64,000 bases of DNA from positions 62,001 through 126,000 of IMG/VR virus record IMGVR_UViG_3300023049_000005; one strand, given 5' to 3'. The notes under the pieces were generated by a model. The model was not told where the DNA came from, did no database searches, and was given only the letters and a program-made list of their open reading frames with translations. The position numbers and the translations under genes were made by a program. Below are positions 39,831 through 51,254 of the stretch, piece after piece (position 1 is the first letter of the stretch; every line of letters begins with the position of its first letter).

Positions 39831-41453
39831 ATGGAACAAAAGTTACTTGAAATATTTGAAAGTCCTCATAGGATGAGGGAAACGTATGTTAAAAAACATC
39901 ACCCAAGTCTATATGATAGTATTATATCATATGTGGATTTTGACATTTCTTTCAAAGAAAAGCTTTGGTATTACTATAATAAACTAGAAGAAAAAATTAC
40001 ATGTAAGTGTGGTAAGGAAACTACGTTCAATAAGAATTTTAAAGACGGTTATAAAAAATATTGCTCTGCTAAATGCGCACAGACAGCCGAATCTACTAAA
40101 GAAAAAAGAAAGAAAACTACTTTACATAAATATGGTGTTGATAATGTAGCTAAAAGTCAGAAAATTAAAGACAAGACCGAAGAAACCAATATCGAAAGGT
40201 ATGGTCATAGATCTACGTTTCAAAATAAAGAAGTTCAGAGCAAATGGAAGGAAAATATTAAAAACAAATATGGCGTTGATCATATCTTCCAATCAGAGGA
40301 AGTAAAAGGAAAGATACAAGATACTATGAAGGAAAGGTATGGTGGACATTATACCAAAACCGATCATTATACAGATAAGCTTGGTGAAATTGGATTCAAG
40401 GAACTAATAAGGAAAAAGAAGTTAGATAAACACAAAGATTTTTTTAAAACACATGGTTATGAGTTTATAGAAATTAAAGATTATAGGAAATTCACCATAA
40501 AAAAGGATGATGATATATTCGAAATATATTGGGAAACTTTTATAAATAGGCTAGAAAACGGATATGAAATATCTACTAATATAAACCCATTATATTATAC
40601 AGGTCAAAGTGAAAAGGAAAAGGAACTCATATCATGGATTAGGACATTGGGTGTAGAAATCGATGAATCTAATAGAAAAATACTAAATGGTAAAGAAATA
40701 GATATATTTCTACCTGAATATAAATTAGGAATAGAATTCAATGGTTTATATTGGCATAGTGAAATGAATAAAGAAAAGAAACATCATATAAACAAAACAA
40801 AACAGTTAAATGAATTAGGAATTAGTTTGGTACACGTATGGGAGGATGATTGGGATCATAAAAAAAATATAATACAATCTATTATTCTTAATAAGTTAAA
40901 TAAAATATCTAATAAGATATATGCTAGAAAGTGTATTATAAAAGAAGTAAATAGTAAGGAAACTAATTCCTTTTTAGATAAAAACCATATACAAGGTAAG
41001 TCAAAGGCTAATATTAAATTAGGTCTATATTATAGAGATGAATTAGTTAGCCTAATGACGTTTGGTTATCGTAATATAAACGGAACTAAGCAATATGAAC
41101 TGATTAGGTTTTGTAATAAAATAAATAATATTGTCGTTGGGTCAGCTTCTAAATTATTTAAATATTTTATTAATAATTATAATTATGATAACATCTTATC
41201 ATACTCTGATATAAGTATGTTTGATGGCAAATTATATGAAATGTTAGGATTCGAAAACATGGGGGAAACTTCTCTAAACTATTGGTGGGTTGTTGATAAA
41301 AAGAGGTATCATCGGTTTACATATAATAAGAAAAAGTTGATCAAAGAAGGACATGACCCAAACTTGACAGAAAAGGAAATTATGTATTCTCTAGGTAATT
41401 ATAGAATTTGGGGATGTGGTCAAATTAGGTGGGTATATAAAAAACGATATTAA
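39831..41453 (+). mobile_element. free-standing Hef-like homing endonuclease gene
   Basis: Zn-ribbon, KYGV repeats, EIDIFLP...IEFNGLYWH..HVWEDDW nuclease, C-terminal GNAT-like fold. Confidence 0.75.
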
Positions 41454-41496
41454 TTTTTAATATATACTTTAACAAAAAAATAACTTACTGATACTG

Positions 41497-41742
41497 ATGG
41501 AAAAAATAATTAAATCCTTTGCTACCTTCGCAAAATCTATTAAAGAAAATGTAGAAGAAGAGATGTTATCAACATGGACACTTACTGTATATGATGAAGA
41601 TGATAACATTAGACATCAAGAAGATATTGATTCTGATGACGAACTCAAAGCTGAAACAACTGCTAGAAAAATGGTAGATAATATGGATGACTACTGTGAC
41701 GGATGGGATTGGACTTTAATGCCTAAAGAATTCTTTGCTTAG
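41497..41742 (+). CDS. small acidic protein with CTS-like N-terminus
   Basis: MEKIIKSFATFAKSIKEN. Confidence 0.6.
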   Translation: MEKIIKSFATFAKSIKENVEEEMLSTWTLTVYDEDDNIRHQEDIDSDDELKAETTARKMVDNMDDYCDGWDWTLMPKEFFA

Positions 41743-42044
41743 ATATAAGACTTAAATACATATATCCAAATAGATATAACACCCACTAATATCAGTAGTG
41801 ATATAACATATTCTTTTTTAGTAGCTTCATATTTCCTCCCGAATCCCACTGTGTTATCCATAGATAAAAATATTGCTGTACTCATAACTAAAGATAAAAG
41901 TGATGAATTCAAATTACTCATTCCCGTGTACCCAAATGATATACCTATAATTAACCAAAGACATATTAAAAATACAACACTCGAACTTAATCTCATAGTA
42001 GATTCCGTGTCCGTTGGCTTAAATGTTCTTAAATAATTTCTCAT
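41739..42044 (-). CDS. three-TM membrane protein
   Basis: three hydrophobic segments. Confidence 0.6.
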   Translation of the reverse strand: MRNYLRTFKPTDTESTMRLSSSVVFLICLWLIIGISFGYTGMSNLNSSLLSLVMSTAIFLSMDNTVGFGRKYEATKKEYVISLLILVGVISIWIYVFKSYI

Positions 42045-42556
42045 AATTTTTCTCTTGTTTTCATTAATACTTTTCCTAATCTATTTTCACCTGTCCAATT
42101 TTCTTCAAATAATATCTGATCATCCGAGGCTGATATACCCACCCCCCATTTATTATCATATGGAGAAGCTTCGACAAGTGTTCTATCACCACTATCAACT
42201 AATGTTTTGTGGGCTTCTTTATTAAAAGTATATTTATGTAGACATACGTTATACATTACACCAAAGCTAATTTTATCCCATTTCTCAGCATCAAAGTTGG
42301 GTATAGATCTACCTATATTTTTAACTTTCTTAGGATCGATTTCATTAATACATTTCTCGGCTAGTTCTAATTGATTAAAGAACATACACTTCTCAAACAT
42401 ATAAGCTTGCTCTGAATTATTAAAAAGGTACTCTTGTGTAATTTCCCCTGTTAATATATCATTCACTTTCTTTCTATATAAGAAAGGAGCAGGGTAGAAG
42501 TTTGAAAAAACATCTGCTACCGAAAAGAAATATATGTGTGTATCTGTTATTCTCAT
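42041..42556 (-). CDS. NADAR (YbiA-like) protein
   Basis: FSNFY, SEQAYM..K, LVEASPYD..WG.G, GEN.LG..LM..R. Confidence 0.92.
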   Translation of the reverse strand: MRITDTHIYFFSVADVFSNFYPAPFLYRKKVNDILTGEITQEYLFNNSEQAYMFEKCMFFNQLELAEKCINEIDPKKVKNIGRSIPNFDAEKWDKISFGVMYNVCLHKYTFNKEAHKTLVDSGDRTLVEASPYDNKWGVGISASDDQILFEENWTGENRLGKVLMKTREKL

Positions 42557-42625
42557 TGCTTTTATATAAAAAAAAAGGAGATTAGTTTATAATCTCCTTT
42601 TTGTATATCTATTTTTATGTGTGTT

Positions 42626-43456
42626 TTATTTTAATCCTTTCACAACAGTAGTGCCTGCCCCGTATACATTATCAGTACCGTAAGGAGAACCTTTACCTTC
42701 TCTGAATCCTTGCCACTTTACGTATTCGTTATACTGTGGTGATCTAGCAAGTTGTTTTTGGATAAGTTGAATGTATTGAGATTCACCTTCTGCTTCTAAT
42801 ATAGTAGCTTGTTTAGTACCTTCTGCTTTCTTAATAGTAGCATTAGCTATGTATTCTTGTTCTAATTCTAGTTCTTTAGCTCTTTGGTTTTTCTGCTTTT
42901 GTTCCTCTTTGCCCGTAATTGCTTTTCTTACATTATCAGGTAAGGTAACATCTGCGATCTCACAGAAATGATAGTCAATATAATTAGATCTAAATTCTCT
43001 GTCCATAAGCTCATCAAGTTCTAATTCTAAGGCTTCTCTTTTAGTAGAATAAATTTCTTCATATGTATATCTACCAATGACATTCTTAATAGCTCCCTTT
43101 ACAATAGGATCAATATAACTAGTTTCATATCCTACACCATGTTTTAAATGGAGTTTAGGTGTCTTATATTTAGCAGGGCTATAGTTAACTGTGATATCTA
43201 CTGTGATATCCATTCCATTCTTTTCCATCACCGAGGATGAATAGTTTCTACTTTGTTGTAGAACATTATACCTAATAAGGTCATTCCAAGGTGCGATAAG
43301 CTGTGCGCCTTCTTTATAAACTGTTGATGTGTCTACACCATCATTATCCCATGGTCTAAACATAAATGCTTCCTGACCAGGATCTACAACGTTAACACAT
43401 GATGTCATTGATATTACTGCGATAGACATCGCAAAGATTTGAATTACTTTTTTCAT
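42626..43456 (-). CDS. SPFH/band 7 (prohibitin-like) protein with lipoprotein-type signal
   Basis: MTSC lipobox, V.PG, PWN, EEIYSTKR, LP..V..AI..K. Confidence 0.88.
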   Translation of the reverse strand: MKKVIQIFAMSIAVISMTSCVNVVDPGQEAFMFRPWDNDGVDTSTVYKEGAQLIAPWNDLIRYNVLQQSRNYSSSVMEKNGMDITVDITVNYSPAKYKTPKLHLKHGVGYETSYIDPIVKGAIKNVIGRYTYEEIYSTKREALELELDELMDREFRSNYIDYHFCEIADVTLPDNVRKAITGKEEQKQKNQRAKELELEQEYIANATIKKAEGTKQATILEAEGESQYIQLIQKQLARSPQYNEYVKWQGFREGKGSPYGTDNVYGAGTTVVKGLK

Positions 43457-43498
43457 ATTATTTTTATTTAATTTATATTAGACTATAAATATATGAAT

Positions 43499-43533
43499 AA
43501 AAAAAGACCCAAACAAGGTTTAGGTCTTTTTTT
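43499..43533 (-). terminator. terminator downstream of tmRNA
   Basis: AAAAAAAGACCCAAAC-AAG-GTTTAGGTCTTTTTTT hairpin. Confidence 0.7.
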
Positions 43534-43540
43534 AATGGAG

Positions 43541-43913
43541 TGGAGATGGAGGGAGTCGAACCCTCGTCACAGACACTTTAGTATAATACTTTCTACAAGT
43601 TTAGTTTACATAGTTAGGGTAAACACCTTAGTTAAACTTATTTTTTTAAACTGTTCTAATCAAACCAAAATTCAGTCCTTCTTATAATAACTGCTAAGAA
43701 GTTTGCAGCTTGGAGTTTTGTCGGTTGCTTAGACAGCTAATACAAGTTCTCCGTCTTGTACAGATTCCGTAGAATCTAATGCGTCTAAAACGTCAATCTT
43801 TTCAGATACTACGTTTAATTGTTTATCTACTAATTTATTAATCGGACACTTTAATAGACAATCCGATACTTGCTTACACTATCTGAAAATGACGCTCTAA
43901 TCCAGTCACCCCC
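43541..43913 (-). ncRNA. ssrA: tmRNA
   Basis: 5' GGGGGTGACTGGATT; 3' GACGAGGGTTCGACTCCCTCCATCTCCA; G3.U70 pair; internal tag frame 43812-43729. Confidence 0.9.
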
Positions 43914-43978
43914 ATTTAAGTTTCATTATTTTATATATAAAAATATTAGAATAAGTTTTAGCAAAATTAAATAAAAGA

Positions 43979-44533
43979 ATGGATAATAACAAATTAATAG
44001 TATTAGATATAGACGAAACTCTATTTCATTGTGAATATGAATTAGAGGATTTTGACTATGTGTTCGAAGAAGATAATATTATGTACTATACTAAGAAAAG
44101 ACCTTATCTAGAAGAGTTTCTGAATTATATTAAAGGAAATTTCAAGTATGGTATCTATACTACAGCAGGTGAAGATTATACTAAAATACACATGAAAAAG
44201 CTGAATTTAGACCCATTATTCCTCCTATCTTATAAAAATTGTACCCAAAAAAGGAAATTTAGTATGGGTGAGCAGAATGGATATACTTCTGAATGGTACT
44301 CATTAAAGAAACTTGATAAAGTAAAAAGGTATAGTGATAAATCTAATATGATTGCTATCGATGATAAATGGGAAAGTTTTGCTAATGATTACGGAAACTT
44401 AATTAAAGTGAATCCTTTTACGGGTGATATAAATGATACTACCTTAAAGAAACTTATGAAATATTTAGAAGATCTTAAAGGTGTGAAAAATATTAGAAAG
44501 GTTGAGAAACGGGGTTGGATGAGTAAATATTAA
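43979..44533 (+). CDS. HAD-family FCP1/NIF-like phosphatase
   Basis: VLDIDETL, KRPYLEEFL, IYTTA, AIDD. Confidence 0.88.
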   Translation: MDNNKLIVLDIDETLFHCEYELEDFDYVFEEDNIMYYTKKRPYLEEFLNYIKGNFKYGIYTTAGEDYTKIHMKKLNLDPLFLLSYKNCTQKRKFSMGEQNGYTSEWYSLKKLDKVKRYSDKSNMIAIDDKWESFANDYGNLIKVNPFTGDINDTTLKKLMKYLEDLKGVKNIRKVEKRGWMSKY

Positions 44534-45171
44534 TCATCCTCTTCATCGATGCGTTCTACACTATCAGAAAACCCATTTTGTTTTTTCCACACATCCCATT
44601 TTAATATCTCTTTACCTCCCTCTTCGTGTTCAACGTCTTTAGGACTTAAACTATTAGTGTAATCTTTTACCGTAATCTTATCAAACTCTTTAATATGATC
44701 CCCAGCTAAAGCTGTTATTTTATCAAAGTTATCTAGATCGATTTTTTCTTTATTTATAATAGTTGCCAATGATTCTAAGAAAGGGATAAACAAAGGATGT
44801 GAGAACATAGAAAAAATATCATAACTTATATTACTCTTTAAACTTTGGTTGAAATAGTTTATTAAGAACTCTGTGAATTCTGTTAATGGTTCTAATAAAC
44901 CATATACATTTCTCATCCTTAATTCTGAAAAAAGCTTTCTGTAAATAGCTTTGTCTTTACCAAAAGAGATTGCCAATGAACACATAGTAAGATAAACAAC
45001 AGTCTCCTTATCTTCTTCTGCTTCTATATCACTATTATTAATAAAAGCTTCTACAACTTGATAAAAAGATAAAATAGGATCTAAGTATGTATTCATAAAC
45101 TGAAAATCAAAATCTGATTTCAATTTACCTTCGTTTTCTTTTTTTAGAACTTTGATTGTAATATCTTTCAT
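44530..45171 (-). CDS. late hypothetical protein
   Basis: AATATATA 4 nt upstream. Confidence 0.6.
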   Translation of the reverse strand: MKDITIKVLKKENEGKLKSDFDFQFMNTYLDPILSFYQVVEAFINNSDIEAEEDKETVVYLTMCSLAISFGKDKAIYRKLFSELRMRNVYGLLEPLTEFTEFLINYFNQSLKSNISYDIFSMFSHPLFIPFLESLATIINKEKIDLDNFDKITALAGDHIKEFDKITVKDYTNSLSPKDVEHEEGGKEILKWDVWKKQNGFSDSVERIDEEDD

Positions 45172-45222
45172 ATCTTATATATTAAAAGTCATTATACAAA
45201 TATATGATTTAATATATAAACC

Positions 45223-45806
45223 ATGGTATTGAATTATAAACTTTTTGAGACTAAACAAGAAGCCGAATCTTTTTTAAATAATAAAGACATCGATTTAAAG
45301 GATGAAAAGTATATCGAACTAAAAAAGATATGCGAAAAAACACCCGCCCTTTTGGGAGTATGTACTAAGCTACTATTCTCAAAGAAAATGGCTATCGATG
45401 AAATCAAAGATATTTTACAGAAACTAACTAAAATGAGTAACCAACTGAAAAGAGATAATTTATCTATTCAGAATATACTTGTTGATGCCCTTAAAACAAA
45501 AGGAAATAGTTCTGAGTATATAGAGGATATTATTAATACGGTTAAAACCAAAACCGATGTATATAAGTTTATCAATTCTTTACAACACAAAGAAGTTAGA
45601 AACGAATTAAAGAACACCGAAGAATATTATAACGATGTAGAAGCAGGTATAATTTCACTAAACCATATCATGATATCATAGAACTTGAATCAGGAATCAG
45701 AAGTAGATCTAAAATAAAAGAGATTTTAAACAATTATGTAGACACCCAAATACTGAGTTTAGATAATATGATAAGAAAAGTGAAAATTTTTTCTAACCTT
45801 AAGTAA
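45223..45806 (+). pseudogene. frameshifted, truncated paralog of the 20243..22936 protein
   Basis: N-terminal similarity (E..Q.A.S.L...D....Y..L..I; LG..TK..F....DE.KD.L..L); continues in another frame from ~45648 to TAA at 45806. Confidence 0.55.
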
Positions 45807-45898
45807 CTCACTTTCAATTAGTTACAATAATGTCCTAAAAATAGATGTAAACTTTATTAAAACTCTTAGATATACATCGAAAAGTAACACTAAAATAT

Positions 45899-46426
45899 AT
45901 GGAATTTATACCTGATTACCATTTAGAAGAATGGGATGAAATAGAAGAGAATGTTTTCGAAAAAGAGAATTTGAGAATAGCCGTAATAGAGGATCGAAAT
46001 GTGCTTTATATAAAAGACAAAGGAAACACCTTTAGGGAAATAAAAGATATCACGAATTATTGGGAATATAGAAGTTTGGATATGTTTTTAAATACTGAAA
46101 CAAATGGCGATCAAGATAATTACGAATATCAACATGATTTCTTTATGTATATCAGAGATAATTTCCAACACTATGATTACTTAGTATTTGATAAATCTAA
46201 TAACCAAGTATACGGGCATAATGGTTTATTTGATGTTGATAATAAATGGGCAGACCAAGAAATGAAACAGAAATATAAAGATGGTAAAGTATTTATAGTT
46301 GATGTTTCTTATGATATATTGCCTTTATGTTATGATGAAGGATGGAAAGACATTGATATTATGTCATATAAAGAAGCTGTAGTGGAACATAGAGATAAGA
46401 AGATATCAGAAGTGCTTAATATATAA
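45899..46426 (+). CDS. hypothetical protein, C-terminal motif family
   Basis: ends RDKKISEVLNI. Confidence 0.7.
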   Translation: MEFIPDYHLEEWDEIEENVFEKENLRIAVIEDRNVLYIKDKGNTFREIKDITNYWEYRSLDMFLNTETNGDQDNYEYQHDFFMYIRDNFQHYDYLVFDKSNNQVYGHNGLFDVDNKWADQEMKQKYKDGKVFIVDVSYDILPLCYDEGWKDIDIMSYKEAVVEHRDKKISEVLNI

Positions 46427-46429
46427 CAC

Positions 46430-46771
46430 ATGTTAATAGACAAAGGAGCAAAATTTAAATATTTCTACCGAATCTTGAAAGAGGTTTATAAGATCATTGA
46501 GATCAATTGGGAAATGAAAGAGGAAGATATAGATAAATTAATCAATATCATAAATTCACATTTAACAGTCTATAACGAAAAATATGCTCATGTTAGAATG
46601 AGTGGATTATATGACGAAGATAAAAAATCACTTACTATATTTTTAAGTGATTATGTACCAACCCGTGGAATGAAAAAACTTTTCAAAGACACGATTTATA
46701 TTAAATCAATTCATAGAGACAAATTCATCGACGACTTATTAGGAGAAGATGAAAGTAATTATTCAATTTAA
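46430..46771 (+). CDS. hypothetical protein, C-terminal motif family
   Basis: RDKFIDDLLGED near C-terminus. Confidence 0.7.
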   Translation: MLIDKGAKFKYFYRILKEVYKIIEINWEMKEEDIDKLINIINSHLTVYNEKYAHVRMSGLYDEDKKSLTIFLSDYVPTRGMKKLFKDTIYIKSIHRDKFIDDLLGEDESNYSI

Positions 46772-46777
46772 AACATT

Positions 46778-47149
46778 ATGGAATTAATAACAACTCATGT
46801 ATGTATGAGAAAAGACCTAGGAGTGCATGGTAATCTCTTTGGTGGAATTTTAATGTCGTGGTTAGATGAAGCTGCAGCAGCATATGCTTGTATAAAAGCA
46901 GATAGTAATAGAATGGTAACTCTTAAATTAAGTGAGTTAATGTTCAAAAAGCCTATTAGAGAAGGCGACTTAATTAAAATTTACGGTGAGGTATTAAGAC
47001 TAGGTAGTAGTTCAATCACTTTAAAATTACTTGTTAAAAATCACAATCCTAAAAATGGAGTAGAAGAAGTTACGACTTCAACTGAAATAGTATTCGTTAA
47101 AATTGACGAAAATGGTAAACCCACTAAAATTAAAAAAGATGAAAATTAA
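46778..47149 (+). CDS. hotdog-fold acyl-CoA thioesterase (YciA-like)
   Basis: HGNLFGG.LMSWLDEAA, FKKP, FVKID..GKP. Confidence 0.9.
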   Translation: MELITTHVCMRKDLGVHGNLFGGILMSWLDEAAAAYACIKADSNRMVTLKLSELMFKKPIREGDLIKIYGEVLRLGSSSITLKLLVKNHNPKNGVEEVTTSTEIVFVKIDENGKPTKIKKDEN

Positions 47150-47422
47150 ATTAGATTATGATAATACAGAAGTATTAGAACATATGATCGATAGAGTTTA
47201 TATTTCTAATAACGGAAAGAAAGGTAATGATGATAAGATCATTATTGAAAAAGGTGATATTTATTATACCCTTCTATCTAAAATACCTCACGATCAAGTT
47301 AAGTTAAGTAATAATATAATAGATGGTTATTTGATATGTAATAAAAAGGAATTAGAAGATAGGATCGAACTATATCCAAACGCTTCTTACTGTATTACAA
47401 TAGAAGATAAATATTCGTTTTA

Positions 47423-48724
47423 TTAAACAATGTCTAACATTGAGATAGAAAGGGGTTTACCATTTTTTAAATCTCTTTCTATTTTAGACATATTAGCTTC
47501 CCATTTATTGAACATAATATCTAAGTTAGATAACTTACGTAGACGGTTTTCGATATCTATGATCTCCTTTTCTTTCTCGCTGAGTTCCTTCTGATTCTCA
47601 GTAAGGTCGCTTTCGCTTTTAAGTGCGTCTAATACTTCTTGTTTCTGTTCTAAGGACTTTTCTAATATTAGCTTTTCTCTTAATTTAGTTAGTAATGTGA
47701 TATATTGTTTTAGAAAGATATTTTCTTCAACAGTTCTATATACTGAAACACTATCTATTTCTTCCTCAACGTCTTCAAATGTATCTTTTAAGATATTCTT
47801 CTTCTGATCATAATCTTTAATTTGATCACGATACATCTTTATTAATTGATCCTCTTTATCTAAGAAGTTTTTATCATTTAACATAATGTCTTTATAATCC
47901 ATATATTCATTCATCTTTAAGATGTATTTAGTAGTATTAGGTAAAAGTATTTTCTGCATAGTTTTTATAATTCTTTGATCAAACACATTAGAATAATCAA
48001 CATCAAACCCTTTATAGACTTCCATAGAAGTAGCGAATCCATTCTTATCATACCAAAGTTTTATTCTAATAGTATTTAGTTCACCGTTCAAAGGAGTAAA
48101 ACAATTAACCTTAATAACGAAAGATCCATATTCTGTATTGATCTCATAAAAGAATAATTTAGTATTTCTATCTTCAAAGATATTCTCAGGGTCAGTTACA
48201 ATGTTTAAATTATAATTAATATTATTCTTATTTAATTCCGCTTCTATAAAGTTCTTCACATAAAGAATGAATTCAGTATTACTTTTCTTTTCTTCTTCTG
48301 TGAATTCTTCATTTAGTTTAATAAAAAGTTCGTTTTGTTTACTTTGGGTATAAGATATAATAAATTCATTAATATCATTTTTGATAGTTTCGTCTGTATC
48401 GGCTATGTTATAAGAATCTATATGGAATGACCCATAATGCTGTGGTTTATCTTCTATACCTTTTAGATCATCTGATTCAACACTTATCATATAATCAAAA
48501 CTAGTAGAATCAAAACTAGATCTTTTATATAATTGCATTTTAAATTTGTACATGTTACCAAATTCCATAGTTAATACGGGCTTTAAATGGCTAATATCTT
48601 CTAGATCTTCTTCTATGTCAATATCACCCAAAGTAAAATTCAAAGATGTTATACCACCAATGATAATCCCTTTAATTATTTCTATATTCTCAATAGTTTC
48701 AGATAGAATTTTTTTTGATCTCAT
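47423..48724 (-). CDS. hypothetical protein with coiled-coil C-terminus
   Basis: long ORF; C-terminal part resembles the neighbouring 48699..49202 protein (ENIFL/ENPFL). Confidence 0.6.
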   Translation of the reverse strand: MRSKKILSETIENIEIIKGIIIGGITSLNFTLGDIDIEEDLEDISHLKPVLTMEFGNMYKFKMQLYKRSSFDSTSFDYMISVESDDLKGIEDKPQHYGSFHIDSYNIADTDETIKNDINEFIISYTQSKQNELFIKLNEEFTEEEKKSNTEFILYVKNFIEAELNKNNINYNLNIVTDPENIFEDRNTKLFFYEINTEYGSFVIKVNCFTPLNGELNTIRIKLWYDKNGFATSMEVYKGFDVDYSNVFDQRIIKTMQKILLPNTTKYILKMNEYMDYKDIMLNDKNFLDKEDQLIKMYRDQIKDYDQKKNILKDTFEDVEEEIDSVSVYRTVEENIFLKQYITLLTKLREKLILEKSLEQKQEVLDALKSESDLTENQKELSEKEKEIIDIENRLRKLSNLDIMFNKWEANMSKIERDLKNGKPLSISMLDIV

Positions 48725-49202
48725 TTAGTTCTCTTTTTTTCTCTCTTATGAACTCTTCTAATTGCTCCTGTTCATCTTTATATTGTTCTTCTAAGTCTTT
48801 GATATCTTGCTCAAACTCTTTAGTCTTTTCTTCTTTCTCTGACATTTGTTCTTTAAGCCTCTGTGTTTGACTTTCTCTGTCCTCTTGGTCAGAAAGACTA
48901 CTAACACTATTTAAATCACTTCTAAGCTTACTTATAGTATCTCTCATGTCTGTTATAGCTAATTCCTTTTTCTTCATCCTAGCCTCCAAATTTAAGATCT
49001 GACCCATTCTAGATAAGAAAGGATTCTCTTCTACTATATCTTGATACGCTTTTGTGATATCTTTATCAGTATCAATATTATCTATAATAAGATTTTTTAG
49101 ATTGCCCTTTTTAGATTCGAATTCTCTTAGTTGAAATTCTAATTGTTCACCAGGACTTTGGGTGTTTTCTTCCTTAAATAATTTATAACTTTTAACTCTC
49201 AT
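48699..49202 (-). CDS. coiled-coil protein with CTS-like N-terminus
   Basis: MRVKSYKLFKEEN; AATATATA 4 nt upstream. Confidence 0.6.
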   Translation of the reverse strand: MRVKSYKLFKEENTQSPGEQLEFQLREFESKKGNLKNLIIDNIDTDKDITKAYQDIVEENPFLSRMGQILNLEARMKKKELAITDMRDTISKLRSDLNSVSSLSDQEDRESQTQRLKEQMSEKEEKTKEFEQDIKDLEEQYKDEQEQLEEFIREKKRELNEIKKNSI

Positions 49203-49271
49203 ATCTTATATATTAAATCACAAAATGATCAAAAAGGTGCAACATTATAATATAATAGAATTTATTAAGTA

Positions 49272-49574
49272 TTATTTATCTCTATTTAACTTATAATCGT
49301 TAAATAATACATCCCCTTCTTGATACTTATCGAATACATCTTGATCATATCTATAACCTTCATAATCTTTTGTGCCATTATTAGTTACCCCTCCTGATAC
49401 ATCATTTGAAAAAGATCTACATTTTTTACATTGACCATAAGTATTAGGATTATCGTTATATTTATCTTCAAATACCTCGAATCTAGCTTTACACCAAAAA
49501 TTAGTACAAGTTAACGTAAGGGACTTAGGTTTTTCTTTATTTAATATTTTTTGTAGTTTTTTATGGAAGCTCAT
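49272..49574 (-). CDS. zinc-ribbon protein
   Basis: CTNFWC...CKKC. Confidence 0.6.
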   Translation of the reverse strand: MSFHKKLQKILNKEKPKSLTLTCTNFWCKARFEVFEDKYNDNPNTYGQCKKCRSFSNDVSGGVTNNGTKDYEGYRYDQDVFDKYQEGDVLFNDYKLNRDK

Positions 49575-50302
49575 CTTGTTCTTTCTTTAATTTATATATT
49601 AGATCTTTTATCTCAGGTTTATCATATACTACCTTGGAATGATTTTTATATGAATATATAACTTCTTCTTCATAATCAATATAAAAGGTTCTACCTAATA
49701 TATTGAATGTTCTCTTATAAACATCGGAGATATGTTTTACTCTTTTAATAATTTGACTAGTGATATAATCACAGGTTAGGGTTTGATCTCTTATAATAAA
49801 ACAAAAGAAATCTTTTATACTCATTGTAATAAGTTATTTTCTAAGCTAAATTCGTATATAACAGGTAAGGATAACTCTCTCATAAACTTATCTCTACATT
49901 CTTTAATGTTCTTAGAACCTTTATTTATATTTAAAACCACTTCTTTGAAATGATTAACAAATATATCAGCGTATTCATCCCATGATTTTTTATAAATATT
50001 ACTATTTTTCCAAGTATTATCACCACCCGATAACCAATATAAAATATTATAAACATTAATGTTGTAACGCATATCGTCTGTTATTCTAATATCCCAAATT
50101 TTATCCATTGAGTAGGCTTGTCTTAGTTTCATGAGAGCTGCAGTTGCTTCCATATAATCGAAGGTAGAGAAATTATATAATTTTGGATTACTTGATTGAA
50201 AAAAATACATATTAGATTCTTGGTAAATATAAACTTGGCTTTTAAATTCTATTAAGTTTTTTTCTATCAACATCACTTTTTTCTCTTTTTTCATAATAAT
50301 TT

Positions 50303-50620
50303 TTATTTTTTATTTCGGTTATCTATACCTGAGATCCAATTTCCTTTGAAATCCCCATCCTCAAAAATGCCGTTTAGCCACTTTCCATAGAACGTACCCA
50401 TTAACCAAATACCATACTTCCAACTACCGTGTAAATAATTACCCGATTTCCAAATTATAGTATCCCTAATAAGTTCTATTTCTGCGTCTTCAAACTCAGA
50501 ATCTACTAACCAAAAAAATTTATGATCCTTTAAAATAGAATTGATATCATTATCATTCTCTATTTGTTCTCCATTAAATTCAAAACTTTTATATCTCATT
50601 GAATTAATTAATTTATACAA
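50303..50620 (-). CDS. WxxG-repeat protein
   Basis: WKSG..WKYG.W..G.F.G.W.NG.F..G.F.G.W.SG. Confidence 0.6.
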   Translation of the reverse strand: MYKLINSMRYKSFEFNGEQIENDNDINSILKDHKFFWLVDSEFEDAEIELIRDTIIWKSGNYLHGSWKYGIWLMGTFYGKWLNGIFEDGDFKGNWISGIDNRNKK

Positions 50621-50727
50621 TATATATAAATTTAGGAAAACTGATTTATTCGAAATTGGGAAAATAATTGAAAAAAAAAAGCAACGACTGTAATAGCCAC
50701 TGCTTTAATTATTGAGGTAGTAATATT

Positions 50728-51027
50728 TTAATTAAGTTGTTCTACACACAAATCATAAGCTTTCTGTATGTCTTGATTAAGTACAGCTTCTTTTAATTCG
50801 TCTGAAAGATCCATCTCTTTTAGTACAGGCATCAACCAATCCCACGATTTATCGTATTTCATAGTTCAAGTGGCGTGATATCTACTATGGTCGGGCCATC
50901 TTTTTTTATTAGACAGACCATAATCCATCAAATAATGATCTAACTCTTTGTTTTCATTTAAATATGTAGTCAATAGGCTTCCACCCATAAACATACATAG
51001 CTTCTTATTTTTATCTTCTCTATTCAT
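50728..51027 (-). pseudogene. unannotated 99-codon frame with an in-frame TGA
   Basis: MNREDKNKKLCMFMG...YHAT*TMKYDKSWDWLMPV...; TGA at 50866-68. Confidence 0.55.
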
Positions 51028-51254
51028 TGTTTTTAGTTTTATTTACCAATGTATTTTACTATAAAAGTAGGGTAATACTTCTACCATATTATAATCCATA
51101 AATCCGAATAATACCACGTATATAATCGTGTAAATAAGTACTATTATCATACCTACTATACCCCCGATTTCTTCTTTGCACTCAGCAGGGAGTGAACAAA
51201 TTATTATTATTATTCCTACTATATACATTATCAGATCTAATACGTGCATGTTTT

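Noticed and set aside
43493-43687. 64-aa ORF containing WRWRESNP
   Set aside because: Antisense translation of the tmRNA T-arm
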